Part shown: positions 9,772-16,594 of the stretch, piece after piece
How positions within the stretch are numbered: the first letter of the stretch is position 1
How the letters are laid out: every line of letters begins with the position of its first letter
Origin: Moraxella nasicaprae
GTDB taxonomy: Bacteria; Pseudomonadota; Gammaproteobacteria; Pseudomonadales; Moraxellaceae
DNA: 32,000 bases
Direction: 5' to 3'
NCBI RefSeq assembly: GCF_025643275.1
Contig: NZ_CP089977.1
Coordinates: 1,290,001-1,322,000 of the forward strand
Program-made: the position numbers and the translations under genes
Notes under the pieces: generated by a model
The model's database searches: none
What the model was told of the DNA's origin: nothing
The model's input: the letters and a program-made list of their open reading frames with translations, nothing else

Positions 9772-11166
9772 ATGAAATTACTCAAAAGTGCCATCTTGAC
9801 CACGCTTGGTCTTGGTTTGGCAAGCGTTTCATTGGCTGATGAATTGCCAAATTTAAGCAATGCTGAATTTCAACAATGTTTAGATAATCTAAAATCTAGC
9901 AGTAATTTTCGTGGTGTCTCATCGCAGACTTTTGAACGCCATCGCCCAGCTCAGCCAGACCCAAGCGTGATTCGCTCACTAAATTATCAACCAGAATTTA
10001 AAAAAGATGTATGGGATTATTTGGCGTCTTTGGTGGACGATGAGCGAGTGATGGACGGTATTCGTGCCAAAAATGAGCAGGCCGATGTGCTTCGTCGTAT
10101 CGAAAGTCGCTACGGTGTGAAAGGCGAGCATGTGCTTGGTGTGTGGGGTGTGGAGTCCAACTTTGGACAGACTTTGGGTAAGAAAAATCTGTTTGACAGT
10201 CTGGCGACTTTATCGTGTTTTGACCGCCGCCAGTCATATTTTCGTGGCGAGTTTGCCAATGCCTTGCGTATCGTCCAAAATGGCGACATTCGCCCACAGG
10301 ACATGACAGGTTCGTGGGCGGGGGCATTTGGTCAGACGCAGTTCATGCCCAGCACCTTTTTGGAATTGGCGGTGGATTTTGATGGCGATGGACGCAAAGA
10401 CTTGGTTAATAGTAAGGCGGACGCACTTGCCAGTACCGCCAATTTCCTAGCCAAAAAAGGCTATCGCACAGGCGAGCCGTGGGGCTATGAAGTTAAGCTC
10501 AATGGCTACAATGGTAGCAGTGGTCGCCGTGACAAAAAATCCATCGACTACTGGCGAAATCAGGGCATTACCTTGCCAGATGGTTCGTCAATCCCAAATA
10601 ATATGGCGTCAGCAGGCTTGCTACTACCAGCAGGTCGCCAAGGCCCTGCGTTCTTGGTGGGCAAAAACTTTGATGCGTTTTATGCGTATAATGCCTCAGA
10701 AAGCTATGCTCTTGCCATTGCTCATTTGTCAGATTTGATTGCTACTCAAAATACCGACACTAATTTTAAAACACCATGGCCAACCGATGATGCTGGTATC
10801 TCTCGCCGTGAAGCCAAAGAAATCCAGCAAGGACTGCTTAATGCAGGCTATGAGATTGGTGCGGTCGATGGCATCATTGGCGACAATACTCGTCGTGCCA
10901 TCATGGATTATCAGACCAAAATGGGTGTGCCTGCCAATGGTCGTGCAGGACAAAAATTCTTACGCCTGATTCGCCAATCAGCCAACCAAACTCCTAGCAC
11001 GCAACAAGCTCCAAGCCCAGTCCAGTCGACAACAGTCATGCCAATGGCAACAATGCCAGCACCAGCACCAGCGGCGACCATGAAGACCACCGATTCGCAA
11101 GCAGGTAAAGTCTATCGCCGTGTGGTGAACGCAGATGGTACAACCTCTTTGATATTGGTCAAATAA
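9772..11166 (+). CDS. Lytic murein transglycosylase (MltB-type) with a C-terminal peptidoglycan-binding domain
   Basis: Signal peptide MKLLKSAILTTLGLGLASVSLA, catalytic region WGVESNFG and GSWAGAFGQTQFMPSTF, and a PG_binding_1-like segment LLNAGYEIGAVDGIIGDNTRRAIMDYQ. The start at 9772 follows AAGGA; the upstream part of the ORF (9538-9771) looks non-coding. Confidence 0.88.
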   Translation: MKLLKSAILTTLGLGLASVSLADELPNLSNAEFQQCLDNLKSSSNFRGVSSQTFERHRPAQPDPSVIRSLNYQPEFKKDVWDYLASLVDDERVMDGIRAKNEQADVLRRIESRYGVKGEHVLGVWGVESNFGQTLGKKNLFDSLATLSCFDRRQSYFRGEFANALRIVQNGDIRPQDMTGSWAGAFGQTQFMPSTFLELAVDFDGDGRKDLVNSKADALASTANFLAKKGYRTGEPWGYEVKLNGYNGSSGRRDKKSIDYWRNQGITLPDGSSIPNNMASAGLLLPAGRQGPAFLVGKNFDAFYAYNASESYALAIAHLSDLIATQNTDTNFKTPWPTDDAGISRREAKEIQQGLLNAGYEIGAVDGIIGDNTRRAIMDYQTKMGVPANGRAGQKFLRLIRQSANQTPSTQQAPSPVQSTTVMPMATMPAPAPAATMKTTDSQAGKVYRRVVNADGTTSLILVK

Positions 11167-11176
11167 ACTCATCAAT

Positions 11177-11205
11177 AAAAAAGACCCATCGATTGGGTCT
11201 TTTTG
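11177..11205. terminator. Bidirectional rho-independent terminator
   Basis: Stem AAGACCCA (11181-11188) / TGGGTCTT (11194-11201), flanked by an A-run and a T-run. It lies between convergent genes. Confidence 0.75.
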
Positions 11206-11264
11206 TTTGGCTGATAAAACCAGTTTGGTAGGGTCTTGGTAACCAATACCACATCTGGCAAAAA

Positions 11265-11435
11265 TCAGTCCTCTTGTTCTTCGTCATCGTCCCAGTTGGC
11301 ATAAGTTTTGGCAGGGTCAATGCCTTGACTTTTTAGGTAAGCCACTTGTTCTTCTAGCGTGCGTTTTTTGCCTGCGTCATTCATCTGGTCGGTTAGTTTG
11401 TCCAGTGTTTCGATGTGCTTGCTAAGATTGTTCAT
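11265..11435 (-). CDS. Small acidic hypothetical protein (56 aa), absent from the ORF track (below its length cutoff)
   Basis: Hand translation gives MNNLSKHIETLDKLTDQMNDAGKKRTLEEQVAYLKSQGIDPAKTYANWDDDEEQED. The ATG is preceded by AGGAAAC and lies 22 nt downstream of the SPOR gene stop. The shared terminator follows. Confidence 0.5.
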   Translation of the reverse strand: MNNLSKHIETLDKLTDQMNDAGKKRTLEEQVAYLKSQGIDPAKTYANWDDDEEQED

Positions 11436-11457
11436 TGAAAGGGTTTCCTGCGGTTAA

Positions 11458-12183
11458 TTAGTGTTTTTGTTCGACAATGAGTGAGTCAATGCCGTTGTTT
11501 TTAAGCTTTTGGTAGGCAAGGCTTGCGGCTTCCTGCGAAGTCATCGGAGTGGAGACGACTTGATAAAAATGCGTGCCATTTGCTCCATCATCACGGCGTA
11601 CCACCAAGGCATCAACACCTGACATCAAAACTTCGGCACGCTTAATATCAGCTTCATCAGCATTGGTGTAGCTACGAATTTGTAGAATATAGGTGGTTTT
11701 GGTGTCGTCTTTGTTGTCGTGATTGTTAGTGGTATTGCCATTATTGACATCATCATCTGCAAGCGTGATGTCTTGACTTTGCTGGGTTTTGGGTTGTTCG
11801 TCTGTTTTTTTGGTTGTGCTGGCAGGCTTGGCAGGGCGTACCACAGCGTCAGGCTTGGCGATGGTGTGAGTGTTTGTCTGTTGGTCTTGGACGCTCACGC
11901 CTTCTGGCACGCTATGAAAATCTTGCTCTGGCAAGACTTCATAAAACTCAAACTCAATCTTCTTTTCAGGTTCATCAGGGGTGGCAACGACCTCGTTATC
12001 GACAGGTGCGGCAGTTTTGTGAAAGTTGGCAAATAAGGGCGATAAATATAAGATGGAACCTGCCGCCACAATGATGACAATACCGACCAGCAGCCATAGC
12101 AGGCTGCTAACACCAAGACTGGCTCGTTCTTGGTCTTCTTTATAGACAGCAGAAGGCTTGCTGGTTCGGTGATTCATGGGCAA
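11458..12183 (-). CDS. SPOR domain-containing protein (FtsN/DedD-like septal peptidoglycan binder)
   Basis: N-terminal TM segment (LLWLLVGIVIIVAAGSILYL), a long polar low-complexity linker, and a C-terminal SPOR-like domain (YILQIRSYTNADEADIKRAEVLMSGVDALVV...YQVVSTPMTSQEAASLAYQKLKNNGIDSLIVE). Confidence 0.8.
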   Translation of the reverse strand: MPMNHRTSKPSAVYKEDQERASLGVSSLLWLLVGIVIIVAAGSILYLSPLFANFHKTAAPVDNEVVATPDEPEKKIEFEFYEVLPEQDFHSVPEGVSVQDQQTNTHTIAKPDAVVRPAKPASTTKKTDEQPKTQQSQDITLADDDVNNGNTTNNHDNKDDTKTTYILQIRSYTNADEADIKRAEVLMSGVDALVVRRDDGANGTHFYQVVSTPMTSQEAASLAYQKLKNNGIDSLIVEQKH

Positions 12184-12359
12184 ATCCTTGTTGTTGGGTC
12201 GATGTAAATCTGGTTATTATAAAATATAATGACCAATAATAAAACAGGCATACCGATGGTTTTTGTTGGGATTTTTTATCATAAAGTCATCTGTTTGCGC
12301 GTTGATTACCCAAGTTTATGCTATACTATGAGTCAGATGTGCGATTTGAGAGCGAAACG

Positions 12360-12581
12360 ATGATTTTTTTGGTATCTGCTGAGACGATTACAACGCTGGG
12401 GCTATATATTTTATTGCCTGTATTTATTGGGTTTTTATTTTTTATCATGTGGGACATTTCTAAAAAATCCAATGCAGGGCGTGCGGGGACTTTTTGGATT
12501 TTTGTGGCATTGGGCATGGGCTTTTTTGGCTTTTTGGCAAAATTGGTCATCGAATTTGTATTACAAAAATGGGTCTTGTAA
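12360..12581 (+). CDS. Small two-TM membrane protein (DUF2788-like)
   Basis: Two hydrophobic helices flank the polar loop DISKKSNAGRAG. I chose the start at MIFLVS (12360); the ORF track starts at 12318. The family call is from memory only. Confidence 0.55.
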   Translation: MIFLVSAETITTLGLYILLPVFIGFLFFIMWDISKKSNAGRAGTFWIFVALGMGFFGFLAKLVIEFVLQKWVL

Positions 12582-12615
12582 GTTTTCTTTTGACCATCAT
12601 CACAACCTGTTTAAG

Positions 12616-12650
12616 CAAAAAAACCGCCCAAATATTTTGAGCGGTTTTTT
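12616..12650. terminator. Bidirectional rho-independent terminator
   Basis: A-run, then stem AAACCGC (12621-12627) / GCGGTTT (12641-12647), then a T-run. It lies between convergent genes. Confidence 0.6.
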
Positions 12651-12655
12651 GTGGG

Positions 12656-13000
12656 TTATTTCTTTTCTTCGGCGGGTGCGTCAGTTTTGGCTTCTGTTGC
12701 TGCTTCGGCAGGCTTGGCTTCCTCTGCTTTATCTGCTTCTGCTGGTTTGGCAGCGTCAGCGGTTTGTTCGTCTGCCTTGCTTTCGTCTGTTTTGGCAGCA
12801 TCTTCGGCAGGCTTAGGCTCAGCAAATGGTGGCTGACCTTCATCATCAAATTTGATGGCTTCTGGCTGTGGTGCTTTGGCTTTGGCGGCAGCTTGGGCTT
12901 CTTCGATTTTGTCCACAGCGTAAACAGCTTCGTGCTTTTCACCACACGCACTTAATAATACACCAGCAGTTAGGGCAGCAAGAATGAAATTGATTTTCAT
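12656..13000 (-). CDS. Ala/Glu/Lys/Pro-rich low-complexity lipoprotein (114 aa)
   Basis: Signal peptide plus lipobox MKINFILAALTAGVLLSAC. GGAG lies upstream of the ATG at 13000. The rest of the protein is biased A/E/K/P sequence with KPAEA-type repeats. Confidence 0.7.
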   Translation of the reverse strand: MKINFILAALTAGVLLSACGEKHEAVYAVDKIEEAQAAAKAKAPQPEAIKFDDEGQPPFAEPKPAEDAAKTDESKADEQTADAAKPAEADKAEEAKPAEAATEAKTDAPAEEKK

Positions 13001-13132
13001 GAGATTCTCCAAAATAGCGACAAGGTCGAACATTCTTGCGTTCTATTATGCCACAAAATTCAATCAATGAGAATATGGCAAGCTGGCATTGAACATTGGC
13101 GATGGTATTTTTGACAAAATGTTGTCGATGTC

Positions 13133-13161
13133 TTGAAAATAGATAAAAAATCAGCTATAAT
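13133..13161 (+). promoter_or_regulatory. Sigma70 promoter for rpsU (TTGAAA-17 nt-TATAAT)
   Basis: TTGAAA at 13133-13138, an exact 17-nt spacer, then consensus TATAAT at 13156-13161. Confidence 0.6.
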
Positions 13162-13316
13162 CACACGCTAATTTGTATCGTGCAAATGAACCGATGGAGC
13201 AATGGTTGCTCCATGCGGATTTTCCAGTTTGAGCTGATGCCTGATGCCAAGACCATGAGGCTATATAACATCAATACAGCCAAGCTGATGCAACCTGTCT
13301 TGATAGGAGATTTGTT

Positions 13317-13532
13317 ATGCCACTAGTTAAAGTAAAAGAGAACGAACCAGTTGATATCGCTATCCGTCGTTTTAAGCGTGCTTGCGAAAAAGCAGGCGTA
13401 CTTGCTGATGTTCGTAAAAAAGAATTCTTTGAAAAGCCAACCCAAGAGCGTAAGCGTAAAAAAGCTGCTGCGGTAAAACGCTACAAGAAAAAAGTATATC
13501 GTGAGCAAGTTCGCACCACTCGCAAATACTAA
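13317..13532 (+). CDS. rpsU: 30S ribosomal protein S21
   Basis: [59 protein letters not shown] is canonical S21. AGGAG lies upstream. Confidence 0.97.
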   Translation: MPLVKVKENEPVDIAIRRFKRACEKAGVLADVRKKEFFEKPTQERKRKKAAAVKRYKKKVYREQVRTTRKY

Positions 13533-13540
13533 TCAGCTCA

Positions 13541-13569
13541 AAAAACGCCCCGCATTGGGGTGTTTTTTT
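13541..13569 (+). terminator. Rho-independent terminator after rpsU
   Basis: Stem AACGCCCC / GGGGTGTT followed by TTTTTT. Confidence 0.75.
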
Positions 13570-13680
13570 ATGTTCTAAAAAAATACCATAAAAATATTAA
13601 GGTTTTTTGGCAAGATGGCTGTTTTTTTGACAGATTGAGCGTATAATAAATACCAACCCAGTGAGTAAGCAAGGTATTTT

Positions 13681-14166
13681 ATGAAACATTATCATTTGGT
13701 ATTAGTTGGTGCATTGTGTGCGATGATTTTGATGGCGTGTGGTGAGGATAAAACAACCACCGCACCAGCAAAGACAACCAGCACTGACACCTTGTCAGTC
13801 CAAAACACCCAAGCTCAGACAACTGCCCAGCCAAAGACTGATGAACCCAGTCAAGCACAGCAAACCGATGAATCGTCGCAACCTAAGCCTGCGGTAGAGA
13901 CGAGCGAAAAGGTGCAACCTTTGTCGTTGGCAGAGGGTAAGGCATTGTATGAAAAAACCTGCCATCTTTGCCATGACCAAGGTTTGCTTGATGCACCAAA
14001 AATCAGTGATAAAGCCCAATGGCAACAACGCCTGAATAAAGGTGTAGATACTTTGTATTTACATTCTGCCAAAGGTTTTAATAAAATGCCAGCCCAAGCC
14101 ACAGGTGATGTCAGTGAGGCACAGGTCTATGCGGCGGTGGATTATATTTTAAGCCAAACTAAATAA
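13681..14166 (+). CDS. Cytochrome c5-family c-type cytochrome, predicted lipoprotein
   Basis: Lipobox LMAC, a Thr/Gln/Pro-rich linker, heme-binding CHLCH, and a downstream KMPAQ methionine ligand region. Confidence 0.85.
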   Translation: MKHYHLVLVGALCAMILMACGEDKTTTAPAKTTSTDTLSVQNTQAQTTAQPKTDEPSQAQQTDESSQPKPAVETSEKVQPLSLAEGKALYEKTCHLCHDQGLLDAPKISDKAQWQQRLNKGVDTLYLHSAKGFNKMPAQATGDVSEAQVYAAVDYILSQTK

Positions 14167-14180
14167 GCTGATTGGGCATA

Positions 14181-14211
14181 AAAAATCCAGCCTTGATTGA
14201 GCTGGATTTTT
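14181..14211. terminator. Bidirectional rho-independent terminator
   Basis: Stem AATCCAGC (14184-14191) / GCTGGATT (14201-14208), flanked by A- and T-runs. It lies between convergent genes. Confidence 0.75.
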
Positions 14212-14223
14212 GCCATAATGTGG

Positions 14224-15216
14224 TTAGGTGGCGTAAGAGATGCCTAATGCACTGACCGCCAGCCAGCTGCTATAACCAATAAAACACAGTACCAAGAACG
14301 CTCCTGCCAATCGACCAATTTTGCCATTGGTTCGCAAAGCATTCAGACATAGCAAGAACAGCACGGCGGTGATGGCACACACCACAACAATATCACGGCT
14401 GATGATTTCTGCCGATACCTGCATTGGGGCGATGATGGCGGCAAGACCAACGACCGCCAAAGTGTTAAACAGGTTTGAGCCTAGCACATTGCCCAATGCC
14501 ATCTCAAACTCGCCACGACGAGCAGCAATGATGGATGAGACTAATTCTGGCAAACTTGTACCAATTGCAACAATGGTTAAGCCGATAATCAAATCTGGTA
14601 GCCCCCATAGTTTAGCAAGTTCTACCGCACCCCAAACAATCAAACGAGAGCTTAAAATCAAAATGACCAACCCTGCCACAAGTTTTAGTAGGGATTGACC
14701 GATTTTGATGTTGTTGGGATTGGGCAATTCGTCGTCATTTTGGGTTTGCTCAGCCAAACTTTGTTTGCTTTTTTTGGCACTAATGATTTGTGTAGTGATA
14801 TTGGCAAGCATCGCGGCAATTAGGATAAATGCGTCCAAGCGACCAAGATGACCGTCCAACAATAAGAATACCGACAAGATGGTAACAACAATTAGCCATA
14901 AAAAGTCTGATTTGACCACTTGTTTTTGGATGGTGATTGGCGAGATGAGCAGCGTCAAGCCCAGCACCAGCATAATATTAACGATATTAGAGCCATAGGC
15001 ATTGCCCAATGCCAAACCAGGACTGCCAGACAAAGCTGACAAGGCTGAGACAACCAGTTCGGGTGCAGAAGTACCAACACCGATAATCAATGCACCGATG
15101 AGCATTTTTGGCATATGATATTTGGTAGCCACCGCCACCGCACCATCAATAAACACATCGGCACTGTACACCAAAATAGCAAGCCCGACGACAACAGCAA
15201 GTAATGAAAGTAGCAT
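14224..15216 (-). CDS. Calcium/sodium antiporter (CaCA family, YrbG-like)
   Basis: It has the two alpha-repeat signatures GNAYGSNIVNI and GNVLGSNLFN and about 10 TM segments. I chose the ATG at 15216; a TTG at 15228 (ORF-track start) is an alternative. Confidence 0.85.
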   Translation of the reverse strand: MLLSLLAVVVGLAILVYSADVFIDGAVAVATKYHMPKMLIGALIIGVGTSAPELVVSALSALSGSPGLALGNAYGSNIVNIMLVLGLTLLISPITIQKQVVKSDFLWLIVVTILSVFLLLDGHLGRLDAFILIAAMLANITTQIISAKKSKQSLAEQTQNDDELPNPNNIKIGQSLLKLVAGLVILILSSRLIVWGAVELAKLWGLPDLIIGLTIVAIGTSLPELVSSIIAARRGEFEMALGNVLGSNLFNTLAVVGLAAIIAPMQVSAEIISRDIVVVCAITAVLFLLCLNALRTNGKIGRLAGAFLVLCFIGYSSWLAVSALGISYAT

Positions 15217-15237
15217 AATAATCAGCAAGAAAATAAG

Positions 15238-15813
15238 TTAAGGTTTAAAGCCATTGATTTGGTTGCGTGCTTGGTCAAATTTACCGCTCATCAAATCTGG
15301 CAGGCTTTTGATGGCACAATCAATGGCATTATCAATCAGTTCTCGTTCGCTGGCAGGAGGCTTACCCAGCACAAAGTTGCTCACTTGTGATGAATGAGCA
15401 GGGCGACCGATGCCGATTCGTAGGCGATGAAACTCTTGCCCCAAATGTGGCACAATGTCTCTTAGTCCATTGTGTCCACCATGTCCGCCACCTGTTTTTA
15501 ATTTGATAAAACCAGCACCAATGTCCAGTTCATCATGAGCAATGAGTATTTGCTCGGCAGGGGTGTTGTAAAATTTGGCGAGTGGAGCAACTGCTTGACC
15601 TGAGCGATTCATGAAAGTTTCTGGCAACAGCAAGCGAACTTCTTGCCCGTGTATGATGCCTTTACCCACTTGACCGTGAAATTTTTTGTCAAAATTTAGG
15701 CTGATGCCAAAATCATCTGCCAGTCTTTGTACAAACCAAAATCCTGCATTATGGCGAGTATCTGTATATTGATTGCCAGGATTGCCAAGCCCAACAATTA
15801 GCTTAATGCTCAT
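15238..15813 (-). CDS. pth: Peptidyl-tRNA hydrolase
   Basis: IKLIVGLGNPGNQYTDTRHNAGF and GGGHGGHNGLRD motifs. Start at MSIKL (15813); the ORF track extends to 15855. Confidence 0.94.
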   Translation of the reverse strand: MSIKLIVGLGNPGNQYTDTRHNAGFWFVQRLADDFGISLNFDKKFHGQVGKGIIHGQEVRLLLPETFMNRSGQAVAPLAKFYNTPAEQILIAHDELDIGAGFIKLKTGGGHGGHNGLRDIVPHLGQEFHRLRIGIGRPAHSSQVSNFVLGKPPASERELIDNAIDCAIKSLPDLMSGKFDQARNQINGFKP

Positions 15814-15898
15814 AGATGAGATAACCTTATTATCCAAGAAAAAACCAGCAAGCATTGCCTACTGGTCTTTGAAAAAGTTTTTGCAAACTTTTGTCTAA

Positions 15899-16195
15899 TT
15901 AAGCACGCTGAAAATCAACATGTAGTGGGAAGCCTTTGGCTGGGTGGCGTTGTAGTGCTTTGATGACTACTTTATGCTCAGTACCGTCAATAGTGATGGT
16001 AGTTACGGTTGAGAAAAACGCTTCGCTTTCTAGGGCTTTAACCAATTCGTTGGTTTTTACGCAGATAGAAATCGGCTCTTGCTTGCCGCCATAGATGATG
16101 GCTGGGATTAGGTTTTCTTTACGCAGGCGGCGGCTCGCACCTTTGCCCTGCTGGTCTGCACTGCGTGCAACACCGTTTAGAGTGAATTGACTCAT
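15899..16195 (-). CDS. rplY: 50S ribosomal protein L25 (short form)
   Basis: The 98-aa product has GKGASRRLRKENLIPAIIYGG and the short L25 architecture without a Ctc extension. Confidence 0.92.
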   Translation of the reverse strand: MSQFTLNGVARSADQQGKGASRRLRKENLIPAIIYGGKQEPISICVKTNELVKALESEAFFSTVTTITIDGTEHKVVIKALQRHPAKGFPLHVDFQRA

Positions 16196-16315
16196 GGATA
16201 AATCCTTAAATGAATAAAAAGATTAGGACAAACTTGCGACCAGTTTGTCAAAAATTGCCTAATTTTGGGATTAGGTGGCATTTATTGGCTTATTTTGCCA
16301 ACAAAATCGGACGAC

Positions 16316-16344
16316 ATTGTAGCAAATTTTCTATTCATTGACAA
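16316..16344 (-). promoter_or_regulatory. Sigma70 promoter for rplY (TTGTCA-17 nt-TACAAT)
   Basis: On the minus strand: TTGTCA (plus 16339-16344), a 17-nt spacer, then TACAAT (plus 16316-16321). This predicts a 5' UTR of about 110 nt. Confidence 0.5.
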
Positions 16345-16358
16345 AGTTTTTTGTGAAT

Positions 16359-16379
16359 TTTGTTGAATTTTTCAACAAA
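16359..16379. promoter_or_regulatory. Perfect 9-3-9 inverted repeat TTTGTTGAA-ttt-TTCAACAAA, a candidate operator
   Basis: Verified by eye: both 9-bp arms are exact reverse complements. It lies between the rplY -35 element and the Fur-like box. Confidence 0.3.
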
Positions 16380-16403
16380 TACATAAAAAATTTACCGATT
16401 GAT

Positions 16404-16422
16404 TATAATGATTATCATTATC
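16404..16422. promoter_or_regulatory. Fur-box-like palindrome TATAATGATTATCATTATC
   Basis: It matches the 19-bp E. coli Fur consensus GATAATGATAATCATTATC at 17/19 positions, and one mismatch is the central base. The core is a perfect 8-1-8 palindrome, ATAATGAT-T-ATCATTAT. It sits just upstream of the candidate putP promoter. Confidence 0.5.
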
Positions 16423-16443
16423 TAATTTACTTTCGTAAATTTG

Positions 16444-16452
16444 TGTTATAAT
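16444..16452 (+). promoter_or_regulatory. Candidate extended -10 promoter element (TGtTATAAT) for putP
   Basis: TGTTATAAT lies about 145 nt upstream of the putP ATG. Its -35 region abuts the Fur-like box. Confidence 0.35.
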
Positions 16453-16594
16453 AGTAACGCTTTTGTATCAATAAGAGATATTGATTTAAGTCAGTAAGTT
16501 TGATGAATATTGGGTGTGCAACTCATCGAGTGATGTTTGAGCATCATTGGTTTGCACGCCACAAAAAATAAGTGCTAGTTTTAAGGAGAATGCC

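Noticed and set aside
12427-12951. Three additional long ORFs overlap the low-complexity lipoprotein gene: 12427-12816 (+), 12547-12951 (-) and 12651-12836 (+).
   Set aside because: They are open only because of the biased GCN/AAR/CCN repeat composition. None has a start context, signal or RBS as good as the lipobox-bearing frame (12656-13000), and their products are nonsense-like low-complexity strings.
13186-13326. A 46-aa upstream ORF in the rpsU leader overlaps the rpsU start.
   Set aside because: It has no RBS and is not obviously coding. The region is better explained as structured untranslated leader.
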